This document shows positions 1-13,687 of a stretch of 64,000 nucleotides of DNA, one piece after another. Origin of the DNA: Antedon mediterranea (lineage: Eukaryota > Animalia > Echinodermata); NCBI RefSeq assembly GCF_964355755.1, contig NC_092671.1:25308070-25372069 (forward strand), given 5' to 3'. Made by a program: the position numbers and the translations under genes. The notes beneath the pieces were generated by a model. It was not told where the DNA came from, made no database searches, and saw only the letters and a program-made list of their open reading frames with translations. The number at the start of each line of letters is the position of its first letter. Position 1 is the stretch's first letter.

Positions 1-302
1 AAAACCTTCCGGGTACAATTGCTATCATTTTGATACCCCATACGTATGGTTACGTGCAGAAACAGAAATTTTTATAACGAACAAACATCGAAAGTGGGGG
101 TTTTGACCACATTTTGGTCCCTAACTTGGATCCTAGGTGGCGGATGATATTGAAATATAGCTTAGAACATTCCCGGTACAATTGCGGTCATTTTGATACC
201 CCATATGTAAGATTATGTGCAGTAACACAATTTTGTATAACGAACAAACAAACAAACAGACAGACAAACAGACAGACAAACTCTCTCACTTATAATATAG
301 AT
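1..302. mobile_element. End of a non-autonomous Helitron/HINE (Lep1-like) element, cut by the window edge
   Basis: Internal ~40-bp direct repeat (ttcc-ggtacaattgc--tcattttgatacccca at ~8 and ~170), a (CAAA/CAGA)n microsatellite at 243-280, and the terminus ...ttataatatagat, which resembles Lep1/HINE-type ends. Family assignment is inference. Confidence 0.5.
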
Positions 303-445
303 ACGTCTATAATACATTTTGCGCACGATATTATAGTAGCTGGACTATACTAAAAATAATAATTAATGATTCCTAACAAATGTTTTAATTTTGGAGGCGT
401 AGGTATTGTTCTACTAACATAGATTTGTCTTATGAACCACTCTAA

Positions 446-740
446 TGCCCATTTACACTATGAAATAACGAACGACGATAAATAGATAAACATGCACGTT
501 TCAAACAAAAGAAATCTAAAATTGTTCTTCCTAGAAATATAGGATAACCAGGGAAGAATGAAATAACACAATTACCTCCTATAACCGTCTGCTGCCTTTG
601 ATTATTTATTTAACACTCCATTGATTTAATTGTCAAAAGACACAATAAATGGTTATCCTATAGAATGAAAAACTTTTCTAATTTCTTTTGTATGTTTATC
701 TATTTATCGTCGATCGTTATCGTTCCAGTGTAAATGGGCC
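446..740. mobile_element. Foldback MITE, PIF/Harbinger-like
   Basis: Imperfect inverted arms: gcccatttacact...acgataaatagataaacat (447-493) vs atgtttatctatttatcgt...agtgtaaatgggcc (692-740), extended by ataggataacca/tggttatcctat. Confidence 0.65.
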
Positions 741-1249
741 TTCAATCTACATAATAAATAAATAAATAAATAAATGCTTTTACAAAGAAAACAAAATAAG
801 ATATCATTGTAATATTTTATTTATTTATTTATGTTTTTACTACAACTTGATTGAATCACTTGATTAATGTGAAAGGAATGGAAACATGCCATTGCTATAT
901 GCTGCCGAGCATGCGCACTTTGTTGTTGCGAATCAATCCACAGATCCAGTGTCATCCAAAGTACAATGTCTGGTTCAAACGGAAATCATTTCAAACTAAT
1001 GAAAACCGAGGAGGAATATGTCGAATAACCTTCGTGTGTTATCGCATCCTATATTAAGTAATATTTCGGTCATTATTGCTATATTTTATATCGAAATACC
1101 GTATAGGATTATCACAGTAAACGGGGTCGTTTCTATAAAATACAGTACGCTATAAGAGACGACGGCAGCAGTGATCATGGATTATAATCTTAGTTTAAAT
1201 TTCAAAGTTCATTTGTTCATAGATGACATCACATTGCTGTTCATTCACC

Positions 1250-1608
1250 TCTTTGTCCTAAAATCTATAAATTAATTATAAACAAATAAAAAATACTTAA
1301 ATAAACTAATTTTGTTATATTAATATATGTATCACCCAATATTCAGTTTTTTGTTTCCTTTTAATCACTATTTTTAATATCTATTTTATTCTTATTGGTC
1401 CTTTTAGGATATTTTTTTTAATTTTACTATTTTAAGCTAAACCTTTATAATGTTCCTGTATAGTATTTCTAGTGTCAATTGCATCCTTTATTATATATAA
1501 TTATCATTGGTTTTATACTTTTATACAAATTTTAATATTGAGAATATGTAAATATCTTTGTAATTCAGCTAAGGCTGCGATGACGATATTGAAATAAATG
1601 AAATGAAA
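1250..1608 (+). mobile_element. Probable 3' remnant of a CR1/L2-group LINE
   Basis: AT-rich tail ending in a cagc-taag-gctg hairpin, AATAAA and a (TGAAA)n repeat at about 1566-1608; 5' boundary is uncertain. Confidence 0.3.
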
Positions 1609-3254
1609 ACCCGTTCGAGACTGATGCGTGTAAACTCGTCTGACACACGCGAGGGTCCTACTCATGTGTATATTAAACATCAGGTCGTACAAGGCCCTAT
1701 AACATACACGACTGTGTTTATATTTTTTACCAGTATAAAATGTACGCTTACTATATCAGTTCACACAAACACAAATTATAGCATGTTTTCCCGCAGGGCA
1801 ATAATTATATACAATTTAACATTACATTATTTTAATATGGGTAATTGATTGGTATTTATTGTATGTAGGCTATATATTGACCTAAATACATTAAAATCAT
1901 TAAGCAACATATCTGTGTTAAACAGGTATATGTTAACAATGACGAAAACTTAAACAAACATTAAAATGCGTCGACGGAATTCAATGTAAAATTCAACATT
2001 TTGCCGGCGTTCGTTTCACAGGAAAGTATTCAGTGACTTAATTTATATCAAATATCGTATACGATATTTGCTTACATAAGGATGAGTTTTTATTGAGCAA
2101 CATGGCCCTCTTGAATAGTTGGTTGTACAATCATATGATTTGTCTGGCGAGTCTGCGGTTTCTGAGCTATTGATAAACCTAATGAAACTTTCAACCAATC
2201 ACACTGATGATTTAAAATTGAAAGTTATAGGCCTACTGGTTATTGCATGTCTGCTTCCATTGACGTATACACGATGCGCGTAACTGACATACATTTTTTG
2301 TCTTTGCTTAAACAATGCATACTATACAGTGCCGTATGTTTGGCTGGTTTGGCGTAATTCGAGATGTGTATCAGGTCTCGTTATAATATTGCTTGCTTTG
2401 TGTGCGTGCAATTGATGCAATGCGTCTAGCTAGATTAATCAACACATGTTAAAAAATAAACAGTGGTTATAACATGGTAGGCCTACTTTGTCTATTTCTG
2501 CTACGATAGACTGAAAATGTGTACCAAATGGGTCTATTTTTATATGTAAGTGCGCCTATTTGAATAAATGATGCGTAATTGACGACGGGTGCTATTTACG
2601 AAGATCAGATGCGTAATAGACAATTGCTGTCGCGATTGACACACACAACGCGTCGGGTATGATCAATGCCAAGCCTAACGTTTGATACGCGTAATTGGCT
2701 ATTCCAGGGGCAACATTCGGTCATCGCATGAGATTGCTATTAAGACTTGAACTAATCAAGCAAAACAAACTGTAAACTACAACAGATGACTCGTGATGAT
2801 GAATCAGCAACTTCGATGCAGATCGTCACAATTTCTTTGCTATTTTAAGAGAAAAACATATTTTGATGCTTTGCAATGGCATGGAAAACATTACTGCTGT
2901 CTATTGAGCACATTTCAAAGTGTTCTATTTGTGGCGATTTTCCAAACCGAATAAAAAAAGTTATTAAAGAAGAAATCGTTTACATACTTTGTTACTTAAT
3001 AAAATATGTCTTTATTCCCCTGATGAATTATCACGATATGTAAAGAACTAACATACACCAGTTTGACAGCAGTTGTTCCTGACCGGACAATTAACGTCTT
3101 TTGGGGGCAGGAGTGGTGGACAGGATATTAGCTACAGGTCTCTCTCCAATTAAAGACTAATGTACCGTACGCGTCGCCGGGTGATCGCCTATCGTATCTT
3201 TTACCACCGCCAAGGAGGTATAGGTAGCCGTTTACCATTTGTTGTTAATACCTT

Positions 3255-5431
3255 AAATTAAAGACTCCTATGCTAAAGGGTTGTTTTGAATCTACGGACT
3301 GGGGTGTTTTCTCAGAATCCGAAAATTCTATCGATGTTGAAGTAAATGCTGTTTGTTCATACATAAACTATTGTGCTGATACCATTATACCTAAAAGGAA
3401 GACAAAAATGTACCCAAATTACAAGCTATGGTTTTTACATGAAACGAAATGTCTCACAGTTAAAAAGAAAAAAGAATATGCAGCCGGTAAGAAAGATGAA
3501 GTGAAGCGAATTCAGAAGGAGATTGATGCTAGTATCTTAAAAGCAAAACAAAAATATAAAGCTAAAATGGAAAAACATTTCAAGGATAAAGACACGCGTT
3601 CGGCCTGGAAGGCAATGTATATGCTCACTGACTACAAAGAAAAACCGAAAAAAATACGTAGGTGACTGTGACAAGAAGTTTGTGGACTCCTTAAACAAAT
3701 TTTTCTGCAGATTTGATGATGGTCAATATGAAACAGACAAATCGGCTACCAGTGAGAAACTTAACAATCTTAAAGATAATGAATATAATAGTAAAAATAA
3801 TAATAATAATAATAATAACAATATTGGTAATGATGATAATAATAATGTTGTTGTTAATGAAGACGAGGTTTTAAGAGAATTTGCCCGTGTAAAAGTCAAT
3901 AAGGCAACTGGACCAGATGGGATTTCAAACAGAATTTTAAAAGTGTGCAATGTCCAACTATGTCCAATTTTTACTTATATTTTTAATATTATTTTTAGAA
4001 ATGGTACTGTTCCACGCACATGGAAAACTTCTATTATAAATTCATTGCCTAAAGTTAATAAACCTAGTGTACCAAAAGATTTTAGACCAATTGCAATTAC
4101 TTCAAATTTAATGAAATGCTTAGAAAGGTTGATTGTTTCTAGACTTAAGGAAAATATTGGTAATGTAGATAAGAATCAATTTGCATACAATAAAAACAGA
4201 GGGGTTGACGATGCTGTTAATTCTTATCTCCATGATACATATCATCGCCTTGATTCAAAAAGAAATTATGTACGGTCTATATTTTTCGATTTCTCCAGTG
4301 CTTTTAATACTATTTTACCACATGTTTTAATTGATAGATTATTAAGTTTTAATGTCTCACCACCTCAGCTCGCCAAAGTTATATATAGTTTTTTGATTAA
4401 TAGACCACAGATGGTTAAGTGCAATGGTATCCTATACAACAAAGAATCTATCAGTGTTGGAGCTCCTCAAGGATGTGTTATTTCTCCAATTTTGTTCTCT
4501 TTTTATTCAAGTAGTTTTAATATTTTAAGTAAAGATTGCAATATTGTAAAGTACGCTGACGATACTGTAATTAGTGGTTTTCTTTGCGATAGTAAGCATA
4601 ATGTAAATGAATTTGTTAATGAAGTTGGAAGATTTGTAAATTGGTGTGAGGATATGAACTTAATACTTAATGTTACTAAAACCAAAGAGATGGTAATAGA
4701 TTTTCGTAAAACCGCAGTTGAACATAATGTAATAACTATTAAAGAAACCGAGGTTGAAAGAGTAACCCAATACAAATACTTAGGTACTACTGTATAATTG
4801 ACAACAAATTAAATTGGGAGTCAAACTCTCTCATGATTTCCAAGAAGGCATCTAAAAGGCTCTACTTTCTCAGAAAACTCAAGCAAATTAGAGTTGATAA
4901 CACTATTTTAATTCTATTTTATCAAAGTATTATTCAAAGTATTTTATCTTTTAGCATTGGATGTTTTTATGGTAACTTTACTGAAAATGATAAGAAAAAT
5001 ATTGAGAGACCACGTAAAATTGCACAACGTATTATTAAAGCTGATCTAATGCCTTGTTCATTTATCTATGAAAAGAGTATTTAAAAAAAAGTAAACAATA
5101 TTATGAAAGACCCCACTCATTACTGTTATAACTTAAATAGATCAGGCATTAGGCTACGACCTCCAAGAGCAAATCTTTGTAGAACTAGAAAATCCTTCGT
5201 TGTAAATAGCATGCATATTTTTAATTCTAATGTAAGACGTTAATGCAATTTTTAAATAGTTTTACATTTTTAACAGTATTTTAAACTTTTTATCTTGTAT
5301 TTTTAATCTGTTATTATACTGCACGTTTTAAATTGTTGCAATATTGTTGTTTTAATCTACCAAGCAAAGTGAATTTCCATTTTTATGGACAAATTAAATT
5401 TCTTGAATCTTGAATCTTGAATCTTGAATCT
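3255..5431 (+). mobile_element. 5'-truncated, frameshifted non-LTR retrotransposon (Rex1/Babar-type)
   Basis: Three consecutive ORF pieces (3270-3665, 3682-4797, 4833-5084) plus a tail frame ending about 5243. RT motifs KATGPDGI, DFRPIAITS, FFDFSSAFNTI, GAPQGCVISP, KYADD, YKYLG. The N-terminal LKGCFESTDW and C-terminal KRLYFLRKLK...FYQSIIQSIL segments are typical of this clade. 3' tail (TCTTGAA)n at 5401-5431; no endonuclease domain is visible. Confidence 0.9.
3682..4797 (+). pseudogene. Reverse transcriptase domain of LINE ORF2 (disrupted)
   Basis: 371-aa ORF with complete RT motifs including YADD; frameshifts on both sides; an (AAT)n expansion encodes a poly-Asn stretch. Confidence 0.88.
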
Positions 5432-6782
5432 CCAAGAGACCAAAGACGGTTTTGGTGGACCCACCTGAACATTTTCTTTCAAAATTTTCTTTCCAATTAA
5501 AGATTGAAAATTTGAAGAAAACAGATAAATACTGCGGTTTAAAAAAAAAATTGATTTGAAAATGTTGGAATACACACAAATTGACAGAACAGACAAACCT
5601 ACATTTACCTTCAGCCAGTGGTCATTGGAAAACACAGGTGTGACTGATACACAGAAATTAAGAAGTACTCGAGACAACGAGTTTATAAACTTTATAAGAG
5701 AAATTAAAGTAGAATTTTAATTTAAAGTGGCATACCTCGTGCTGTCCGTTTCCGCGAAAAGAAATACTAATCAAAGATTGTTTGAAAATGTTGCTGATTT
5801 ATGCAGTAACATGAAATAAAGTTAGTAACTAGAATTCAATGAATTGCTAAAGTATTCTATGAAATGCAATACGATTTACACCCTGCAGACAACTCCTCGA
5901 GGAGAAGAACTACTCCTTGAAAAAATTACTCCTGGTCATCAACTACCTCACGGTCGGATCAATATTTTAATTTTATTAATTATTAAAAATAGTCTATCAA
6001 AAACAGATGTCAAAATGAGTTTTCATTTCAGCTATCAAAAGTCCTTAGCGCTTTATCTGAATCCGCCCCCCAAAACAATCCCAACTAATCAAAACTTTAA
6101 TAACAACACCGTACGTTGTACTGGGTAAATTGTCCTAGGGGATAGTGGGCGGGTAATATACTCCAAATAATGCACACAAAAATAATCGTTTTCTAATATT
6201 AATAAGGTAACAAAATCTCTCCTTTCCCGTCCATGTTTAGGCCTATACTGTCCTGGTTGTTTACTGTCGATTTGTCCTTTGTCCTTTTCCTGGTTGTCTC
6301 TCTTCCCTTCGATGTGTCTCCGGCACTCGACTCATCATCATTCAATTCAATATTATTTTCAGAAATTTTATTCGAACATACATAGGCCTTTATAATTTAC
6401 AAAAGTAAAAGCTAATTAATTTCTACATGATTGTTTTGCATAATAGATTTTTGTCTTTTTTTTGTTGGCCAAAAAAGCGAAATGTACGACACTTTGTGTA
6501 ATGTTTTTGTTATTAATTAATAATTGGAGCTTAACTTTATAAAGAAATGTCTCAGAAATGTACAATAAAACTTAGGGATATAATTTGGTTCTGAAATTTC
6601 TATAGAAAGAACTTCATTATATATTAAACTTTTAGACTTTACATCTTGGAATAGAACTTTGTTCCATCTACCATTTCAACTTCGAGGTCTAGAACTCCTA
6701 TTGTGTTATTTCATTGTCATCTTCATCGTCATGGCGTATCTTTCTTTTTATTCTCTTACACGGTATTCTAAATATTTAGCTA

Positions 6783-6924
6783 CAGTGGAACCTCTAAGGG
6801 AACACCTTCAGGACCCAACAAATGCGTCTTCCTTTTTGGGAAAAATGTTGAATATACTTCCTCTCTTTCATTTCATGGGAAAATTTCCCCTTAATAGAAG
6901 TGTCCCAAAGGAAGTGTTCCACTG
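6783..6924. mobile_element. Tc1/mariner (pogo/Tigger-like) MITE
   Basis: TA|CAGTGGAAC ... GTTCCACTG|T termini, about 140 bp. Confidence 0.6.
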
Positions 6925-8053
6925 TTTATACAAACTGTATATAATTTTTTTCCATTATTATTTTCAATCAAAAACGAAAGAAATACATGTTACATCGAAT
7001 TGAACAGTATGGTTAGGTGTTGTCCGTATGTCGACGAAACGGGTAGCAGATTGACGAATTATTGAATATTTGATACAATTTTTTAGAGTTGATCCATAGA
7101 GGATAATTTGGCTATATACATAATATTAGTTGAAGAGAGACAGTGCATGACTTTTTTAATGGTAAATACACTTTTGGCCATTTATTTATTTATTTTTGTT
7201 GATAAAAGGAATCATTATTTTTCTTAGGTTTGAAGATTTGAGGAGTGGTGCAGGAAGTGTCCAACCTTTATTAAAGGAAGGATGTACACAAAATACAAGA
7301 CAAATGAAAAAGATTTCGACTTGATTAAATAATTTAATGTAAAAACATTTCATTAATATTCAACAAACACACCTTTTTTGTATTTACAACGGAAGATACA
7401 GTGGTTGCCTATCTTATTCTTTCTACAGGGTTTTTCATGAATTTACTATACATTTATGAACAGTTTCCATTTGTCTGGATTGAAATCTTGATTGTATTAA
7501 TTTTTTTCAACTTAAATAAAGCAATTTATACCTAATAATCTATAATAATTAAATAGTTTTGATTTAAATAATTGTACACAGTATTGTAATGTAATTAATA
7601 CCATTCATTTTAATAACAGTATTTATATAACAGTAGGCCTATGTCTAAATACATTTCGAGGGGAATTAAACATTGTAAAAAATAAGCACAGTTCAGATAC
7701 CAGCTGCTATAGGCCTAACATTTTATTATAAAAGCAAAAGGAATGTTTTTACCAGGCTAAAATAAAATAAAGCACAAAATATATTAAAAACTTCAACTCA
7801 ATATGTACATAAATTAATATATATATATATAAATTTACAGGCATAGAGAGAAACCCTTGGGCAATATGGGAAAATAATATCTATATAATATATTTATTAT
7901 TTTATTTTTGCAACTTCAAAATGTGTCATACATACTATACTGTAGCCGGGGTAATTCACTGCTTTTATATAACTTACAATATTTATCTTGATTTTAAGAA
8001 AATATATATAATAGTATGAACTTACTTTAGCTTACAGAATAGAAAAGGCTTAA

Positions 8054-8137
8054 AGCCCTGTCTACACTATCAAACTTTGTCCATGGACATCACTGCCATA
8101 TTTGGGCACATAACAGTTTGACAGTGTAGACAGAGCT
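8054..8137. mobile_element. Short PIF/Harbinger MITE
   Basis: TAA|AGCCCTGTCTACACTATCAAACT ... AGTTTGACAGTGTAGACAGAGCT|TTA: 23-bp imperfect TIRs with TWA flanks. Confidence 0.75.
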
Positions 8138-9325
8138 TTAAAGGATAATGTTGGCCATACACCTTTGGACTGTTCACAATGGATGTATCCAGTGAAGGTT
8201 AAAAACAAACAAATGTAGAGTCAATACGATTTTAAAATAAAAAATTTAAAAAAGGAAGAGAAAATGATATTACGATGACATTCTCATTTTGTAATTTTCA
8301 AAAAGATTTAACACATTTTAAATCACACTTAAATTAGTTTTTTTTTCAATAAGAAATATGTAATTTCAAAACCTATCCAATACATTTTGAGTCCCAAGTC
8401 TGGTTTAACCTGATTAAAACAAGCTGACATCTTAACATTACAGTCATGTTGTTCCAAAAATAGAAAAATTACACAACGGTATATTATTAATGTTATAAAA
8501 TATATAAAGCACATTGCAAATATTATTTTAAGACAGTAATTTACAATAGCAAATTCAATAACTACAATATCATTCTAAAAAAACAGTATCTTTTGACATA
8601 TTTTATTTATGATTTTAGTTTAATTTTGTTTTATTTTCCAACAATTCAAAATACAAAAAGTTATCATTTATTCTGGAGTCAGGAACCAATGTATGCAAGT
8701 CAATAAAAACAAATAGTTTTACCTAGTCTATAAACACTTAATTATTTTACAAAACATTAGACATTTTGGAAATGAAAACATAAAACATGTTATTTAGTAC
8801 GTTACCATGCCCAGTTTTTACAGTATCTCTGTTTTAACACATGTGTTTTATCAAATTCACCTACTGTATTTGTACATTATAGAGTACCATAGACAAATTC
8901 CAAGATACCACATGTGATCTGTATATGGTAATACCAAAAATGTCAATTGTTATCCAGTATTTAACCTACAGTATCATTAAAGTAATCCTATTTTACAGCA
9001 TGCTGTATCACAGAATTTATCCACGAGACTGTACAAAATATATCATGAGATTCGGATGTGATTTCAAAGGAAATTACACTGTCGTTAATTCTAGATTTTT
9101 CATCAAATGAATAATTATTTGTGCCTACATTAACATCCATTAGTGATGTATGTACTTTAACACAAAAAAAGAAGACATTTCTATATATAGGCCTACTGAT
9201 TATATTGGCCGCTAGCTATATGCTGGCCCATCACTTGAATTGCATACAGATATTTTACCATTGTGCTTAAAGGAAGATAGAATTGTATTTAATTATAAGT
9301 TATATATTATATATATATGAATTTA

Positions 9326-9582
9326 AATCGTGGTAAATTTAACGCAAATCATGAAAGCGAAAGTGCTCGATACAAAATGTAGAGCCAAATATAAATAAAT
9401 GATAAAGACACTAGTAAATTACCAACTGAACATCATGAGTATGAACTCAATCTTCAGGTGCTTCAGAGCCAAGCACCTAGAGCCAAGCACCTGAAGATTG
9501 AGTTCATACTCATGAAACAGCCTGTAGTGCAATAAAATGTTCAGTTGGTAATTTACTAGCGTCTTTATCATTTATTTATATT
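9326..9582. mobile_element. Penelope-like element fragment with inverted arms and target-site duplication
   Basis: 14-bp direct repeat TATATATGAATTTA at 9312-9325 and 9583-9596; inverted arms about 9387-9463 and 9485-9582; contains a hammerhead motif. Confidence 0.75.
9487..9530 (+). ncRNA. Minimal type I hammerhead ribozyme (Penelope-type)
   Basis: GCAC CTGAAGA t TGAGT tcat ACTCA t GAAA CAG c CTG TA GTGC: stem I GCAC/GTGC, CUGANGA core, 5-bp stem II, GAAA, short stem III, GUA cleavage triplet, then AATAAA at 9531. Confidence 0.75.
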
Positions 9583-10098
9583 TATATATGAATTTATGTA
9601 CAATTTTAGCCTTGTATTTAAAACATTGGAATTTAATCTCTCTCATCATTTATCATATTCATTTCATTATAGTGTATCTCGCATATTTCTTGATTTTCTT
9701 CTAAAGTTCAATATGTTATGAAAAAAACAATTGTCTCTCTTTCATGACCTATTAATCATATTTTAAAATTTATTTTCTTAAAAACTATCTTTATAATTCG
9801 ACAAACATAGTTAATGATTTTATTATATTTATGAAATTTTGGATATTTTGCGTTTCATGTTTAAAAAAAGATAAAATATATATAAAGATCTCTACCTTTA
9901 CATAACCACAGTTTATCACAATAAACAATAATTATATTACATATTATTATGTAATTATATAATTATATTTTAACTTTGGAAATGTACTATAACTATGGTG
10001 GGATAAACTGGAACTTTAATGGCTATGCGATACCGATTCTCCACTTTTCTGGAATATTTGATATACCTTGATGAATGCACCCTAGTATAAATTTACGC

Positions 10099-10494
10099 TA
10101 TCATGTCTACCGACAATTAACAGCTTGCAGTATCGTGTCTCATGACAGAAACTTTGGTCCTAAATTGGGTTACTGTATAGGTCATCTCCTTAAATTAATA
10201 TTTTTTTTCTCAAAATCGGTGTTTCAAACCAGCTGAATGACTTTAATTTATTTCAATTGTACTTACAGTTAAAAAAATTGGATTACAACAACATGACAAT
10301 AGCGAAAATTGTATCAATAATATAATAATAAAATTTAACATCAATATTAATTTCCATTAATTATACAACATACCTTAATCAAAGTCATTTTTATTATTTA
10401 GAGGGATTAAGTTAATGGGTTAGTAAGATGCCAGGCTGTTTATTGTAGCTAGACATGATACTGCAGGCTGTTTATTGTAGCTAGACATGATACT
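10099..10494. repeat. Decayed element with inverted 32-bp subterminal repeats
   Basis: Two tandem 32-bp units (caggctgtttattgtagctagacatgatactg, 10432-10494) match the reverse complement of 10099-10140. Confidence 0.45.
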
Positions 10495-11030
10495 ACAAAG
10501 AATTGGCTCATGAATAAATGTATGAATATAATTTACAACATTGTGAATAATTGATTTTAAATCAGCCATTTCAATGAATAATTGCTCTATATATTTAAAA
10601 TAGGCATATACACTATATCATTACGACCTAAACCATTAGCCTCATTAAAACTGGTAATGACTAAAAAACATGAATTTAATGGCGATGAATAAATAACAAA
10701 TATTATACTGCATAAACAATATTTACTGCATTTAAAAAATTAATCACTTCAAACATATTCTAAACAGGCTGGTAAACTAAAATAATATTAGTTATTATAA
10801 GCATCGAGTAATAAGTATTACATATGGTAAACAACTGTAAAAAACATATCTCCATCTTGAAATTATATATAAATATTGTTTAGAATCTTTTTTCAATTCA
10901 GAGAAGATATATTTTCCATTTTAGCACAATTTTTTCACACTTTTTATATACTTAATCTTAAACTTAAATATTTCATACAATAATATACTTTAATTCTAAT
11001 TGCCATAATATTGTAACTAAATTGAAGACA

Positions 11031-11236
11031 TTAAGAAGGTTGATGTCCGTCAAACACGTTTAACATTTTGTCCGAGTTAACAACGCTAAATTGACGGATG
11101 TCCGAAAGCTTGGTCATTAGTCGCGGGAAGACTGCACGGTCCAACGGGTGATTTAACAGTATCTGCGATTGTAAAGCAGCGACAACTTGAAGTTGCAACT
11201 CTTCCACGTGATGAGGAAGCATCAATCCAGCACGAT
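11031..11236 (-). CDS. NR1D: NR1D/Rev-erb/E75-like nuclear receptor, last coding exon (LBD helices 9-11, no helix 12)
   Basis: Acceptor ttgttag|AT (phase 1); DRAGL...FPRLMTKLSDIRQFSVVNSDKMLNVFDGHQPS then TAA at 11033-11031; aligns with Rev-erb FTKLLLKLPDLRTLNNMHSEKLLSF. Symbol is family-level only. Confidence 0.88.
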
Positions 11237-13687
11237 CTAACAAAAAGACAAACAAAACAGATTCAAAGGTCAATTTACATTCACCTTTATCATCTTATAA
11301 GCAATTAAGGAAACATTCACCCGAACCCGTTGGCACAATATTTAATTGACTTTAGAATATTGTGTTAGCCGATCAGAGTGTTTATAGCCGTCTTATCATG
11401 TATATAATTCCATCCATCTTAGTTGTTAACAAATTGGTTGAGATTAAAAATACCTGTACTGTATGTCAAGGAACGCATCAAACATGCTTTGTTATGGTCT
11501 ATTAATATTTCTGATTGAAGATAAAATTATGAAAATAGCAAACATAGAGATGGTTCATGGACAGAAAGACATTTTGTTATCATTAAAGTGTTATGGAATA
11601 TAGAGTAGACCTCCAATAAAAGACCAGAGTCAAAATAGTTACACAACCAGGTAGGACTGACAAAAGATGTCATGATCTTAATGTCATGAAAATATTCTGC
11701 CCATTCAACTCATAAATATTCATTCTTTGTAAATGTAAAAAAAAAAACAACCTAAAGAAGATGGGAAAAGAAGCAGCGAGAATGGGATACGATATAGTCA
11801 CTGACAAAGAGGAACCACTGACCAACAACAAAAATTACATTTGAAAAAACAACTTTTTAACACAAACAAAATAAAAGCTAAGAATTTTAATGATGTTGAT
11901 ATGAATCTGTGTTTATGCGAGTTCAGGTAAAGTTTAAAAAATGCTGTAATGAATGTAAAACAAGTAGTACATAGGTTAAGTAGATTCTCTGCTGTTATAT
12001 ATGGTACAGGATACTACATGCTAATACTAAATCCACTATGATCCACCTATGAAGGACAAATGGAAAATACACTGTAAGGACAGTAACCTGAATTAAACTC
12101 ATACAGCAGGCTACCTGCATATTTATTCATAAAATACAGGTATCTCTAATTCTGGACCACTGTTCTGATGACCTTCATTTTTTAGTGTTTCTAATAGAGA
12201 GCAACCCTCTAAAAGGTTATTACAATTTCTTGAAGTAGTTGATACAGTATTATAATTGTGAAATTTATTAAAATTGTATTCATGTAAAGTTATATATACA
12301 GTACTACTAGTACACATTTACGATGATGGTGTTTTCGTTTTCATTTTAATAGAGTATTATCAAATATTTTGTATGTATTTAACTTGCTCAAAATTGAAAA
12401 ATATAGCAATATATTTACACTTTCACCGATACCTTAAATTTGGTAAATTCATTTATTAGTGACAGTGTAAAAAATAAATGTAGAAACATGCTTTTGGTCA
12501 TAGAGGCTGAAATGTAAAGTTATTGATTGAGAATTGTCGTTTTGACATAAATCTATTAACTATTGTTGATAATTAATTTGGATTGAATTTGTTAAATATT
12601 TTTATTTTAAACATTCATATACCAACTTTAAGTCCTAGGAAAGTAATCAAAACAAGAATTTCTGGCCTACTTTAGTGACCTATGCTAAATGTATCTCAAA
12701 AGGCGACTGATCTTAAGATATTACATCAATACAAAAAGTGATGTTGAATGTTATCTTTTTTTATTTATCTATATAGATATATTTATACACACAAATGCTA
12801 AAAAAAGACAGTCTTTCTAAATCAAGCAATCAGCAAAGAACTGTCTGACCTATATGTAGCATTCGGATATAGCACTCAATTTTTCTGTTTATTTTAGTTA
12901 ATTATAACTGCAGCGGATAATCGAACATGCAATGTTCAAACGGCGCCATATAAAAGGAAAACGTTTTAAGTGAAATATTAATCTATTAATTGATGATTTC
13001 AGAATAGAAACAGAAACTAAATTTGGAACAGAAATTGACCAGTCTTGGCACAATTTTGATGTGAAGTTTTTTCGATTGATGCCAAATAGACGCCAGTTCT
13101 AAATTCAAGTATATAGTTTCAAATTTCAAAGAGAAAAAGAAATGTCATTTATTTTTAGAATTTTTAGAATGTTTTTTAACAAGGCTTTGGTGAATTTAGT
13201 TTCTAATTTTAAACATCATTTAAGTTTAAATGGTTCTAATTTGTTTTAAAGTTTTCAAACCCCAATTTAAAAATCAAATTATTTATATATAAGATGTACT
13301 AGCCTACTAAATACAAAAGTCATATGATATTGAAGTTATTCGATTGATAAAATATAGCCGTTGGTCTATGTCTTTAATGGCTATAGGCCTAACCTACCAC
13401 TACTAGTAAGTGTGTAATTAATAATTTTCTTCATTTTTAATATAGGTTGTAGCAAATTTAATCCAGTATTCATTATATTATGTGGTATTTAATAATATCA
13501 ATTCACTTTGGCTGAGTTATGCTACATAACATGTATGCTTCCGCTGGGATCTGTTGTATTAAGTTAAACAAAATGTCAACCAAGCAATCAAGACATTGAC
13601 AATTCTCAAGGGTTATGTAATGATGTTACCCATGATATTTGTATACATCTTGACAATGATATTAACCATTAATTTATTTTGTCTTAC

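Noticed and set aside
3781-3850. Poly-Asn insertion as a novel RT feature
   Set aside because: Explained by in-frame (AAT)n expansion in a dead LINE copy.
13612-13621. D-box (TTATGTAA) sites at several positions as clock elements
   Set aside because: An AT-rich 8-mer expected many times by chance in this base composition.
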